A stretch of 64,000 bases of DNA from the human T2T-CHM13v2.0 reference genome, Homo sapiens, in NCBI RefSeq assembly GCF_009914755.1, contig NC_060931.1; one strand, written 5' to 3'. Positions 1 through 12,934 of the stretch are shown piece after piece. Below the pieces are notes generated by a model. That model saw only the letters and a list, made by a program, of their open reading frames with translations, was not told where the DNA came from and did not search any database. The position numbers were made by a program, and so were the translations under genes. Every line of letters begins with the position of its first letter. Within the stretch, counting starts at the first letter, position 1.

Positions 1-89
1 TCACAGAGTTTAACCTTTCTTTTCATAGAGGAGTTTGGAAACACACTGTTTGTAAAGTCTGCAAGTGGATACATGGACCTGTTTGAGGC

Positions 90-106
90 CTTCGTTGGAA
101 ACGGGA
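90..106 (+). other. CENP-B box, canonical (dimer A; about 66 copies in the window)
   Basis: CTTCGTTGGAAACGGGA matches the YTTCGTTGGAARCGGGA consensus exactly. Confidence 0.97.
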
Positions 107-429
107 TTTCTTCATTGAATGCTAGACGGAAGAATTCTCAGTAAATTCTTTGTGTTGTGTGCATTCAACTCACAGAGTGGAACGTCCCTTTAGACAGAGC
201 AGATTTGAAACACTCTTTTTGCGGAATTTGCAAGTGGAGATTTCTAGCCATTTGATGCCAACAGTAGAAAGGGAAATATCTTCAAATAAAAACCAGACAG
301 AATCATTCTCAGAAAATTCTTTGTGATGTGTGCGTTCAACTCACATAGTTTAACCTTTCTTTTCATAGAGCAGTTTGGAAACACTCTGTTTGTAAAGTCT
401 GCAAGTGGATATATGGACCGCATTGAGGC

Positions 430-446
430 CTTCGTTGGAAACGGGA
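430..446 (+). other. CENP-B box, canonical (dimer B; about 68 copies)
   Basis: CTTCGTTGGAAACGGGA, 340 bp downstream of the dimer A box. Confidence 0.97.
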
Positions 447-662
447 TTTCTTCATTTCATGCTAGACAGAAGAATTCTCAGTAACTTCTTTGTGCTGTGT
501 GTATTCAACTCACAGAGTGGAACGTCCCTTTACACAGAGCAGATTTGAAACACTCTTTTTGTGGAGTTTGCAAGTGGAGATTTCAAGCGATTTGATGCCA
601 ACAGTAGAAAAGGAAATATCTTCAAATAAAAACTAGACAGAATCATTCTCAGAAACTACTTT

Positions 663-1684
663 GTGATGTGTGCCTTCAACTCACAGAGTTTAACCTTTCT
701 TTTCTTAGAGCAGTTTAGAAACACTCTGCTTGTTATGTCTGCAAGTGGATATTTGGACCTCTTTGAGGCCTTCGTTGCAAACGGGGTTTCTTCCTTTCAT
801 GCTAGACTAAGAAGAGTTCTCAGTAACTTTTTTGTGTTGTGTGTATTCAACTCACAGAGTTGAACCTTGCTTTAGAGAGAGCAGATTTGAAACACTCTTG
901 CTGTGGCATTTTCAGGTGGAGATTTCAAGCGATTTGAGGACAATTGCAGAAAAGGAAATATCTTCGTATAATAACCAGACAGAATCATTCTCAGAAAGTG
1001 CTTTGTGATGTGTGCGTTCAACTCACAGAGTTTAACCTTTCTTTTCATAGAGGAGTTTGGAAACACACTGTTTGTAAGGACTGCAAGTGGATATATGGAC
1101 CTGTTTGAGGCCTTCGTTGGAAACGGGATTTCTTCATTGAATGCTAGACGGAAGAATTCTCAGTAAATTCTTTGTGTTGTGTGCATTCAACTCACAGAGT
1201 GGAACGTCCCTTTAGACACAGCAGATTTGAAACACTCTTTTTGCGGAATTTGCAAGTGGAGATTTCTAGCCATTTGATGCCAACAGTAGAAAGGGAAATA
1301 TCTTCAAATAAAAACCAGACAGAATCATTCTCAGAAAATTCTTTGTGATGTGTGCGTTCAACTCACATAGTTTAACCTTTCTTTTCATAGAGCAGTTTGG
1401 AAACACTCTGTTTGTAAAGTCTGCAAGTGGATATATGGACCGCATTGAGGCCTTCGTTGGAAACGGGATTTCTTCATTTCATGCTAGACAGAAGAATTCT
1501 CAGTAACTTCTTTGTGCTGTGTGTATTCAACTCACAGAGTGGAACGTCCCTTTGCACAGAGCAGATTTGAAACACTCTTTTTGTGGAGTTTGCAAGTGGA
1601 GATTTCAAGCGATTTGATGCCAACAGTAGAAAAGGAAATATCTTCAAATAAAAACTAGACAGAATCATTCTCAGAAACTACTTT
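663..1684 (+). repeat. Representative canonical 1022-bp HOR (dimers C-A-B)
   Basis: Near-identical sequence restarts at 1685. Diagnostics: C has TTCTTAGAGCAGTTTAG and GGACAATTGC; A has GAGGAGTTTGG, CATTGAATG and GCGGAATTT; B has CACATAG, GGACCGCATT and AAACTAGAC. Confidence 0.97.
770..786 (+). other. CENP-B box, variant (dimer C; 54 copies), core bases intact
   Basis: CTTCGTTGCAAACGGGG has two changes from consensus but keeps all nine core positions of NTTCGNNNNANNCGGGN. Confidence 0.88.
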
Positions 1685-2718
1685 GTGATGTGTGCCTTCA
1701 ACTCACAGAGTTCAACCTTTCTTTTCTTAGAGCAGTTTAGAAACACTCTGCTTGTTATGTCTGCAAGTGGATATTTGGACCTCTTTGAGGCCTTCGTTGC
1801 AAACGGGGTTTCTTCCTTTCATGCTAGACTAAGAAGAGTTCTCAGTAACTTTTTTGTGTTGTGTGTATTCAACTCACAGAGTTGAACCTTGCTTTAGAGA
1901 GAGCAGATTTGAAACACTCTTGCTGTGGCATTTTCAGGTGGAGATTTCAAGCGATTTGAGGACAATTGCAGAAAAGGAAATATCTTCGTATAATAACCAG
2001 ACAGAATCATTCTCAGAAAGTGCTTTGTGATGTGTGCGTTCAACTCACAGAGGTTAACCTTTCTTTTCATAGAGGAGTTTGGAAACACACTGTTTGTAAG
2101 GACTGCAAGTGGATATATGGACCTGTTTGAGGCCTTCGTTGGAAACGGGATTTCTTCATTGAATGCTAGACGGAAGAATTCTCAGTAAATTCTTTGTGTT
2201 GTGTGCATTCAACTCACAGAGTGGAACGTCCCTTTAGACACAGCAGATTTGAAACACTCTTTTTGCGGAATTTGCAAGTGGAGATTTCTAGCCATTTGAT
2301 GCCAACAGTAGAAAGGGAAATATCTTCAAATAAAAACCAGACAGAATCATTCTCAGCAAATTCTTTGTGATGTGTGCGTTCAACTCACATAGTTTAACCT
2401 TTCTTTTCATAGAGCAGTTTGGAAACACTCTGTTTGTAAAGTCTGCAAGTGGATATATGGACCGCATTGAGGCCTTCGTTGGAAACGGGATTTCTTCATT
2501 TCATGCTAGACAGAAGAATTCTCAGTAACTTCTTTGTGCTGTGTGTATTCAACTCACAGAGTGGAACGTCCCTTTACACAGAGCAGATTTGAAACACTCT
2601 TTTTGTGGAGTTTGCAAGTGGAGATTTCAAGCGATTTGATGCCAACAGTAGAAAAGGAAATATCTTCAAATAAAAACTAGACAGAATCATTCTCAGAAAC
2701 TACTTTGTGATGTGTGCC

Positions 2719-3398
2719 TTCAACTCACAGAGTTTAACCTTTCTTTTCATAGAGGAGTTTGGAAACACACTGTTTGTAAAGTCTGCAAGTGGATATATGG
2801 ACCTGTTTGAGGCCTTCGTTGGAAACGGGATTTCTTCATTGAATGCTAGACGGAAGAATTCTCAGTAAATTCTTTGTGTTGTGTGCATTCAACTCACAGA
2901 GTGGAACGTCCCTTTAGACAGAGCAGATTTGAAACACTCTTTTTGCGGAATTTGCAAGTGGAGATTTCTAGCCATTTGATGCCAACAGTAGAAAGGGAAA
3001 TATCTTCAAATAAAAACCAGACAGAATCATTCTCAGAAAATTCTTTGTGATGTGTGCGTTCAACTCACATAGTTTAACCTTTCTTTTCATAGAGCAGTTT
3101 GGAAACACTCTGTTTGTAAAGTCTGCAAGTGGATATATGGACCGCATTGAGGCCTTCGTTGGAAACGGGATTTCTTCATTTCATGCTAGACAGAAGAATT
3201 CTCAGTAACTTCTTTGTGCTGTGTGTATTCAACTCACAGAGTGGAACGTCCCTTTACACAGAGCAGATTTGAAACACTCTTTTTGTGGAGTTTGCAAGTG
3301 GAGATTTCAAGCGATTTGATGCCAACAGTAGAAAAGGAAATATCTTCAAATAAAAACTAGACAGAATCATTCTCAGAAACTACTTTGTGATGTGTGCC
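2719..3398 (+). repeat. 680-bp 4-mer HOR variant (extra A-B, no C) starting in a C/A hybrid monomer
   Basis: C-to-C spacing is 1702 = 1022+680. C-type AAACTAC...GTGCC is joined to A-type ATAGAGGAGTTTGG. Confidence 0.93.
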
Positions 3399-6300
3399 TT
3401 CAACTCACAGAGTTTAACCTTTCTTTTCTTAGAGCAGTTTAGAAACACTCTGCTTGTTATGTCTGCAAGTGGATATTTGGACCTCTTTGAGGCCTTCGTT
3501 GCAAACGGGGTTTCTTCCTTTCATGCTAGACTAAGAAGAGTTCTCAGTAACTTTTTTGTGTTGTGTGTATTCAACTCACAGAGTTGAACCTTGCTTTAGA
3601 GAGAGCAGATTTGAAACACTCTTGCTGTGGCATTTTCAGGTGGAGATTTCAAGCGATTTGAGGACAATTGCAGAAAAGGAAATATCTTCGTATAATAACC
3701 AGACAGAATCATTCTCAGAAAGTGCTTTGTGATGTGTGCGTTCAACTCACAGAGTTTAACCTTTCTTTTCATAGAGGAGTTTGGAAACACACTGTTTGTA
3801 AGGACTGCAAGTGGATATATGGACCTGTTTGAGGCCTTCGTTGGAAACGGGATTTCTTCATTGAATGCTAGACGGAAGAATTCTCAGTAAATTCTTTGTG
3901 TTGTGTGCATTCAACTCACAGAGTGGAACGTCCCTTTAGACACAGCAGATTTGAAACACTCTTTTTGCGGAATTTGCAAGTGGAGATTTCTAGCCATTTG
4001 ATGCCAACAGTAGAAAGGGAAATATCTTCAAATAAAAACCAGACAGAATCATTCTCAGAAAATTCTTTGTGATGTGTGCGTTCAACTCACATAGTTTAAC
4101 CTTTCTTTTCATAGAGCAGTTTGGAAACACTCTGTTTGTAAAGTCTGCAAGTGGATATATGGACCGCATTGAGGCCTTCGTTGGAAACGGGATTTCTTCA
4201 TTTCATGCTAGACAGAAGAATTCTCAGTAACTTCTTTGTGCTGTGTGTATTCAACTCACAGAGTGGAACGTCCCTTTGCACAGAGCAGATTTGAAACACT
4301 CTTTTTGTGGAGTTTGCAAGTGGAGATTTCAAGCGATTTGATGCCAACAGTAGAAAAGGAAATATCTTCAAATAAAAACTAGACAGAATCATTCTCAGAA
4401 ACTACTTTGTGATGTGTGCCTTCAACTCACAGAGTTCAACCTTTCTTTTCTTAGAGCAGTTTAGAAACACTCTGCTTGTTATGTCTGCAAGTGGATATTT
4501 GGACCTCTTTGAGGCCTTCGTTGCAAACGGGGTTTCTTCCTTTCATGCTAGACTAAGAAGAGTTCTCAGTAACTTTTTTGTGTTGTGTGTATTCAACTCA
4601 CAGAGTTGAACCTTGCTTTAGAGAGAGCAGATTTGAAACACTCTTGCTGTGGCATTTTCAGGTGGAGATTTCAAGCGATTTGAGGACAATTGCAGAAAAG
4701 GAAATATCTTCGTATAATAACCAGACAGAATCATTCTCAGAAAGTGCTTTGTGATGTGTGCGTTCAACTCACAGAGTTTAACCTTTCTTTTCATAGAGGA
4801 GTTTGGAAACACACTGTTTGTAAAGTCTGCAAGTGGATACATGGACCTGTTTGAGGCCTTCGTTGGAAACGGGATTTCTTCATTGAATGCTAGACGGAAG
4901 AATTCTCAGTAAATTCTTTGTGTTGTGTGCATTCAACTCACAGAGTGGAACGTCCCTTTAGACAGAGCAGATTTGAAACACTCTTTTTGCGGAATTTGCA
5001 AGTGGAGATTTCTAGCCATTTGATGCCAACAGTAGAAAGGGAAATATCTTCAAATAAAAACCAGACAGAATCATTCTCAGAAAATTCTTTGTGATGTGTG
5101 CGTTCAACTCACATAGTTTAACCTTTCTTTTCATAGAGCAGTTTGGAAACACTCTGTTTGTAAAGTCTGCAAGTGGATATATGGACCGCATTGAGGCCTT
5201 CGTTGGAAACGGGATTTCTTCATTTCATGCTAGACAGAAGAATTCTCAGTAACTTCTTTGTGCTGTGTGTATTCAACTCACAGAGTGGAACGTCCCTTTA
5301 CACAGAGCAGATTTGAAACACTCTTTTTGTGGAGTTTGCAAGTGGAGATTTCAAGCGATTTGATGCCAACAGTAGAAAAGGAAATATCTTCAAATAAAAA
5401 CTAGACAGAATCATTCTCAGAAACTACTTTGTGATGTGTGCCTTCAACTCACAGAGTTTAACCTTTCTTTTCTTAGAGCAGTTTAGAAACACTCTGCTTG
5501 TTATGTCTGCAAGTGGATATTTGGACCTCTTTGAGGCCTTCGTTGCAAACGGGGTTTCTTCCTTTCATGCTAGACTAAGAAGAGTTCTCAGTAACTTTTT
5601 TGTGTTGTGTGTATTCAACTCACAGAGTTGAACCTTGCTTTAGAGAGAGCAGATTTGAAACACTCTTGCTGTGGCATTTTCAGGTGGAGATTTCAAGCGA
5701 TTTGAGGACAATTGCAGAAAAGGAAATATCTTCGTATAATAACCAGACAGAATCATTCTCAGAAAGTGCTTTGTGATGTGTGCGTTCAACTCACAGAGTT
5801 TAACCTTTCTTTTCATAGAGGAGTTTGGAAACACACTGTTTGTAAGGACTGCAAGTGGATATATGGACCTGTTTGAGGCCTTCGTTGGAAACGGGATTTC
5901 TTCATTGAATGCTAGACGGAAGAATTCTCAGTAAATTCTTTGTGTTGTGTGCATTCAACTCACAGAGTGGAACGTCCCTTTAGACACAGCAGATTTGAAA
6001 CACTCTTTTTGCGGAATTTGCAAGTGGAGATTTCTAGCCATTTGATGCCAACAGTAGAAAGGGAAATATCTTCAAATAAAAACCAGACAGAATCATTCTC
6101 AGAAAATTCTTTGTGATGTGTGCGTTCAACTCACATAGTTTAACCTTTCTTTTCATAGAGCAGTTTGGAAACACTCTGTTTGTAAAGTCTGCAAGTGGAT
6201 ATATGGACCGCATTGAGGCCTTCGTTGGAAACGGGATTTCTTCATTTCATGCTAGACAGAAGAATTCTCAGTAACTTCTTTGTGCTGTGTGTATTCAACT

Positions 6301-7486
6301 CACAGAGTGGAACGTCCCTTTGCACAGAGCAGATTTGAAACACTCTTTTTGTGGAGTTTGCAAGTGGAGATTTCAAGCGATTTGATGCCAACAGTAGAAA
6401 AGGAAATATCTTCAAATAAAAACTAGACAGAATCATTCTCAGAAACTACTTTGTGATGTGTGCCTTCAACTCCCAGAGTTCAACCTTTCTTTTCTTAGAG
6501 CAGTTTAGAAACACTCTGCTTGTTATGTCTGCAAGTGGATATTTGGACCTCTTTGAGGCCTTCGTTGCAAACGGGGTTTCTTCCTTTCATGCTAGACTAA
6601 GAAGAGTTCTCAGTAACTTTTTTGTGTTGTGTGTATTCAACTCACAGAGTTGAACCTTGCTTTAGAGAGAGCAGATTTGAAACACTCTTGCTGTGGCATT
6701 TTCAGGTGGAGATTTCAAGCGATTTGAGGACAATTGCAGAAAAGGAAATATCTTCGTATAATAACCAGACAGAATCATTCTCAGAAAGTGCTTTGTGATG
6801 TGTGCGTTCAACTCACAGAGGTTAACCTTTCTTTTCATAGAGGAGTTTGGAAACACACTGTTTGTAAGGACTGCAAGTGGATATATGGACCTGTTTGAGG
6901 CCTTCGTTGGAAACGGGATTTCTTCATTGAATGCTAGACGGAAGAATTCTCAGTAAATTCTTTGTGTTGTGTGCATTCAACTCACAGAGTGGAACGTCCC
7001 TTTAGACACAGCAGATTTGAAACACTCTTTTTGCGGAATTTGCAAGTGGAGATTTCTAGCCATTTGATGCCAACAGTAGAAAGGGAAATATCTTCAAATA
7101 AAAACCAGACAGAATCATTCTCAGCAAATTCTTTGTGATGTGTGCGTTCAACTCACATAGTTTAACCTTTCTTTTCATAGAGCAGTTTGGAAACACTCTG
7201 TTTGTAAAGTCTGCAAGTGGATATATGGACCGCATTGAGGCCTTCGTTGGAAACGGGATTTCTTCATTTCATGCTAGACAGAAGAATTCTCAGTAACTTC
7301 TTTGTGCTGTGTGTATTCAACTCACAGAGTGGAACGTCCCTTTACACAGAGCAGATTTGAAACACTCTTTTTGTGGAGTTTGCAAGTGGAGATTTCAAGC
7401 GATTTGATGCCAACAGTAGAAAAGGAAATATCTTCAAATAAAAACTAGACAGAATCATTCTCAGAAACTACTTTGTGATGTGTGCC

Positions 7487-8166
7487 TTCAACTCACAGAG
7501 TTTAACCTTTCTTTTCATAGAGGAGTTTGGAAACACACTGTTTGTAAAGTCTGCAAGTGGATATATGGACCTGTTTGAGGCCTTCGTTGGAAACGGGATT
7601 TCTTCATTGAATGCTAGACGGAAGAATTCTCAGTAAATTCTTTGTGTTGTGTGCATTCAACTCACAGAGTGGAACGTCCCTTTAGACAGAGCAGATTTGA
7701 AACACTCTTTTTGCGGAATTTGCAAGTGGAGATTTCTAGCCATTTGATGCCAACAGTAGAAAGGGAAATATCTTCAAATAAAAACCAGACAGAATCATTC
7801 TCAGAAAATTCTTTGTGATGTGTGCGTTCAACTCACATAGTTTAACCTTTCTTTTCATAGAGCAGTTTGGAAACACTCTGTTTGTAAAGTCTGCAAGTGG
7901 ATATATGGACCGCATTGAGGCCTTCGTTGGAAACGGGATTTCTTCATTTCATGCTAGACAGAAGAATTTTCAGTAACTTCTTTGTGCTGTGTGTATTCAA
8001 CTCACAGAGTGGAACGTCCCTTTACACAGAGCAGATTTGAAACACTCTTTTTGTGGAGTTTGCAAGTGGAGATTTCAAGCGATTTGATGCCAACAGTAGA
8101 AAAGGAAATATCTTCAAATAAAAACTAGACAGAATCATTCTCAGAAACTACTTTGTGATGTGTGCT
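7487..8166 (+). repeat. 680-bp 4-mer HOR variant
   Basis: Same hybrid junction; C spacing 6453 to 8155 = 1702. Confidence 0.93.
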
Positions 8167-11100
8167 TTCAACTCACAGAGTTTAACCTTTCTTTTCTTAG
8201 AGCAGTTTAGAAACACTCTGCTTGTTATGTCTGCAAGTGGATATTTGGACCTCTTTGAGGCCTTCGTTGCAAACGGGGTTTCTTCCTTTCATGCTAGACT
8301 AAGAAGAGTTCTCAGTAACTTTTTTGTGTTGTGTGTATTCAACTCACAGAGTTGAACCTTGCTTTAGAGAGAGCAGATTTGAAACACTCTTGCTGTGGCA
8401 TTTTCAGGTGGAGATTTCAAGCGATTTGAGGACAATTGCAGAAAAGGACATATCTTCGTATAATAACCAGACAGAATCATTCTCAGAAAGTGCTTTGTGA
8501 TGTGTGCGTTCAACTCACAGATTTTAACCTTTCTTTTCATAGAGGAGTTTGGAAACACACTGTTTGTAAGGACTGCAAGTGGATATATGGACCTGTTTGA
8601 GGCCTTCGTTGGAAACGGGATTTCTTCATTGAATGCTAGACGGAAGAATTCTCAGTAAATTCTTTGTGTTGTGTGCATTCAACTCACAGAGTGGAACGTC
8701 CCTTTAGACACAGCAGATTTGAAACACTCTTTTTGCGGAATTTGCAAGTGGAGATTTCTAGCCATTTGATGCCAACAGTAGAAAGGGAAATATCTTCAAA
8801 TAAAAACCAGACAGAATCATTCTCAGAAAATTCTTTGTGATGTGTGCGTTCAACTCACATAGTTTAACCTTTCTTTTCATAGAGCAGTTTGGAAACACTC
8901 TGTTTGTAAAGTCTGCAAGTGGATATATGGACCGCATTGAGGCCTTCGTTGGAAACGGGATTTCTTCATTTCATGCTAGACAGAAGAATTCTCAGTAACT
9001 TCTTTGTGCTGTGTGTATTCAACTCACAGAGTGGAACGTCCCTTTGCACAGAGCAGATTTGAAACACTCTTTTTGTGGAGTTTGCAAGTGGAGATTTCAA
9101 GCGATTTGATGCCAACAGTAGAAAAGGAAATATCTTCAAATAAAAACTAGACAGAATCATTCTCAGAAACTACTTTGTGATGTGTGCCTTCAACTCCCAG
9201 AGTTCAACCTTTCTTTTCTTAGAGCAGTTTAGAAACACTCTGCTTGTTATGTCTGCAAGTGGATATTTGGACCTCTTTGAGGCCTTCGTTGCAAACGGGG
9301 TTTCTTCCTTTCATGCTAGACTAAGAAGAGTTCTCAGTAACTTTTTTGTGTTGTGTGTATTCAACTCACAGAGTTGAACCTTGCTTTAGAGAGAGCAGAT
9401 TTGAAACACTCTTGCTGTGGCATTTTCAGGTGGAGATTTCAAGCGATTTGAGGACAATTGCAGAAAAGGAAATATCTTCGTATAATAACCAGACAGAATC
9501 ATTCTCAGAAAGTGCTTTGTGATGTGTGCGTTCAACTCACAGAGTTTAACCTTTCTTTTCATAGAGGAGTTTGGAAACACACTGTTTGTAAAGTCTGCAA
9601 GTGGATACATGGACCTGTTTGAGGCCTTCGTTGGAAACGGGATTTCTTCATTGAATGATAGACGGAAGAATTCTCAGTAAATTCTTTGTGTTGTGTGCAT
9701 TCAACTCACAGAGTGGAACGTCCCTTTAGACAGAGCAGATTTGAAACACTCTTTTTGCGGAATTTGCAAGTGGAGATTTCTAGCCATTTGATGCCAACAG
9801 TAGAAAGGGAAATATCTTCAAATAAAAACCAGACAGAATCATTCTCAGAAAATTCTTTGTGATGTGTGCGTTCAACTCACATAGTTTAACCTTTCTTTTC
9901 ATAGAGCAGTTTGGAAACACTCTGTTTGTAAAGTCTGCAAGTGGATATATGGACCGCATTGAGGCCTTCGTTGGAAACGGGATTTCTTCATTTCATGCTA
10001 GACAGAAGAATTCTCAGTAACTTCTTTGTGCTGTGTGTATTCAACTCACAGAGTGGAACGTCCCTTTACACAGAGCAGATTTGAAACACTCTTTTTGTGG
10101 AGTTTGCAAGTGGAGATTTCAAGCGATTTGATGCCAACAGTAGAAAAGGAAATATCTTCAAATAAAAACTAGACAGAATCATTCTCAGAAACTACTTTGT
10201 GATGTGTGCCTTCAACTCACAGAGTTTAACCTTTCTTTTCTTAGAGCAGTTTAGAAACACTCTGCTTGTTATGTCTGCAAGTGGATATTTGGACCTCTTT
10301 GAGGCCTTCGTTGCAAACGGGGTTTCTTCCTTTCATGCTAGACTAAGAAGAGTTCTCAGTAACTTTTTTGTGTTGTGTGTATTCAACTCACAGAGTTGAA
10401 CCTTGCTTTAGAGAGAGCAGATTTGAAACACTCTTGCTGTGGCATTTTCAGGTGGAGATTTCAAGCGATTTGAGGACAATTGCAGAAAAGGAAATATCTT
10501 CGTATAATAACCAGACAGAATCATTCTCAGAAAGTGCTTTGTGATGTGTGCGTTCAACTCACAGAGTTTAACCTTTCTTTTCATAGAGGAGTTTGGAAAC
10601 ACACTGTTTGTAAGGACTGCAAGTGGATATATGGACCTGTTTGAGGCCTTCGTTGGAAACGGGATTTCTTCATTGAATGCTAGACGGAAGAATTCTCAGT
10701 AAATTCTTTGTGTTGTGTGCATTCAACTCACAGAGTGGAACGTCCCTTTAGACACAGCAGATTTGAAACACTCTTTTTGCGGAATTTGCAAGTGGAGATT
10801 TCTAGCCATTTGATGCCAACAGTAGAAAGGGAAATATCTTCAAATAAAAACCAGACAGAATCATTCTCAGAAAATTCTTTGTGATGTGTGCGTTCAACTC
10901 ACATAGTTTAACCTTTCTTTTCATAGAGCAGTTTGGAAACACTCTGTTTGTAAAGTCTGCAAGTGGATATATGGACCGCATTGAGGCCTTCGTTGGAAAC
11001 GGGATTTCTTCATTTCATGCTAGACAGAAGAATTCTCAGTAACTTCTTTGTGCTGTGTGTATTCAACTCACAGAGTGGAACGTCCCTTTGCACAGAGCAG

Positions 11101-12254
11101 ATTTGAAACACTCTTTTTGTGGAGTTTGCAAGTGGAGATTTCAAGCGATTTGATGCCAACAGTAGAAAAGGAAATATCTTCAAATAAAAACTAGACAGAA
11201 TCATTCTCAGAAACTACTTTGTGATGTGTGCCTTCAACTCACAGAGTTCAACCTTTCTTTTCTTAGAGCAGTTTAGAAACACTCTGCTTGTTATGTCTGC
11301 AAGTGGATATTTGGACCTCTTTGAGGCCTTCGTTGCAAACGGGGTTTCTTCCTTTCATGCTAGACTAAGAAGAGTTCTCAGTAACTTTTTTGTGTTGTGT
11401 GTATTCAACTCACAGAGTTGAACCTTGCTTTAGAGAGAGCAGATTTGAAACACTCTTGCTGTGGCATTTTCAGGTGGAGATTTCAAGCGATTTGAGGACA
11501 ATTGCAGAAAAGGAAATATCTTCGTATAATAACCAGACAGAATCATTCTCAGAAAGTGCTTTGTGATGTGTGCGTTCAACTCACAGAGGTTAACCTTTCT
11601 TTTCATAGAGGAGTTTGGAAACACACTGTTTGTAAGGACTGCAAGTGGATATATGGACCTGTTTGAGGCCTTCGTTGGAAACGGGATTTCTTCATTGAAT
11701 GCTAGACGGAAGAATTCTCAGTAAATTCTTTGTGTTGTGTGCATTCAACTCACAGAGTGGAACGTCCCTTTAGACACAGCAGATTTGAAACACTCTTTTT
11801 GCGGAATTTGCAAGTGGAGATTTCTAGCCATTTGATGCCAACAGTAGAAAGGGAAATATCTTCAAATAAAAACCAGACAGAATCATTCTCAGCAAATTCT
11901 TTGTGATGTGTGCGTTCAACTCACATAGTTTAACCTTTCTTTTCATAGAGCAGTTTGGAAACACTCTGTTTGTAAAGTCTGCAAGTGGATATATGGACCG
12001 CATTGAGGCCTTCGTTGGAAACGGGATTTCTTCATTTCATGCTAGACAGAAGAATTCTCAGTAACTTCTTTGTGCTGTGTGTATTCAACTCACAGAGTGG
12101 AACGTCCCTTTACACAGAGCAGATTTGAAACACTCTTTTTGTGGAGTTTGCAAGTGGAGATTTCAAGCGATTTGATGCCAACAGTAGAAAAGGAAATATC
12201 TTCAAATAAAAACTAGACAGAATCATTCTCAGAAACTACTTTGTGATGTGTGCC

Positions 12255-12934
12255 TTCAACTCACAGAGTTTAACCTTTCTTTTCATAGAGGAGTTTGGAA
12301 ACACACTGTTTGTAAAGTCTGCAAGTGGATATATGGACCTGTTTGAGGCCTTCGTTGGAAACGGGATTTCTTCATTGAATGCTAGACGGAAGAATTCTCA
12401 GTAAATTCTTTGTGTTGTGTGCATTCAACTCACAGAGTGGAACGTCCCTTTAGACAGAGCAGATTTGAAACACTCTTTTTGCGGAATTTGCAAGTGGAGA
12501 TTTCTAGCCATTTGATGCCAACAGTAGAAAGGGAAATATCTTCAAATAAAAACCAGACAGAATCATTCTCAGAAAATTCTTTGTGATGTGTGCGTTCAAC
12601 TCACATAGTTTAACCTTTCTTTTCATAGAGCAGTTTGGAAACACTCTGTTTGTAAAGTCTGCAAGTGGATATATGGACCGCATTGAGGCCTTCGTTGGAA
12701 ACGGGATTTCTTCATTTCATGCTAGACAGAAGAATTCTCAGTAACTTCTTTGTGCTGTGTGTATTCAACTCACAGAGTGGAACGTCCCTTTACACAGAGC
12801 AGATTTGAAACACTCTTTTTGTGGAGTTTGCAAGTGGAGATTTCAAGCGATTTGATGCCAACAGTAGAAAAGGAAATATCTTCAAATAAAAACTAGACAG
12901 AATCATTCTCAGAAACTACTTTGTGATGTGTGCC
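12255..12934 (+). repeat. 680-bp 4-mer HOR variant
   Basis: Same hybrid junction; C spacing 11221 to 12923 = 1702. Confidence 0.93.

Noticed and set aside
967-972. TATAAT in every C dimer and AATAAA in A/B dimers as promoter or polyadenylation signals
   Set aside because: Short AT-rich matches are intrinsic to the satellite consensus and have no supporting gene context.
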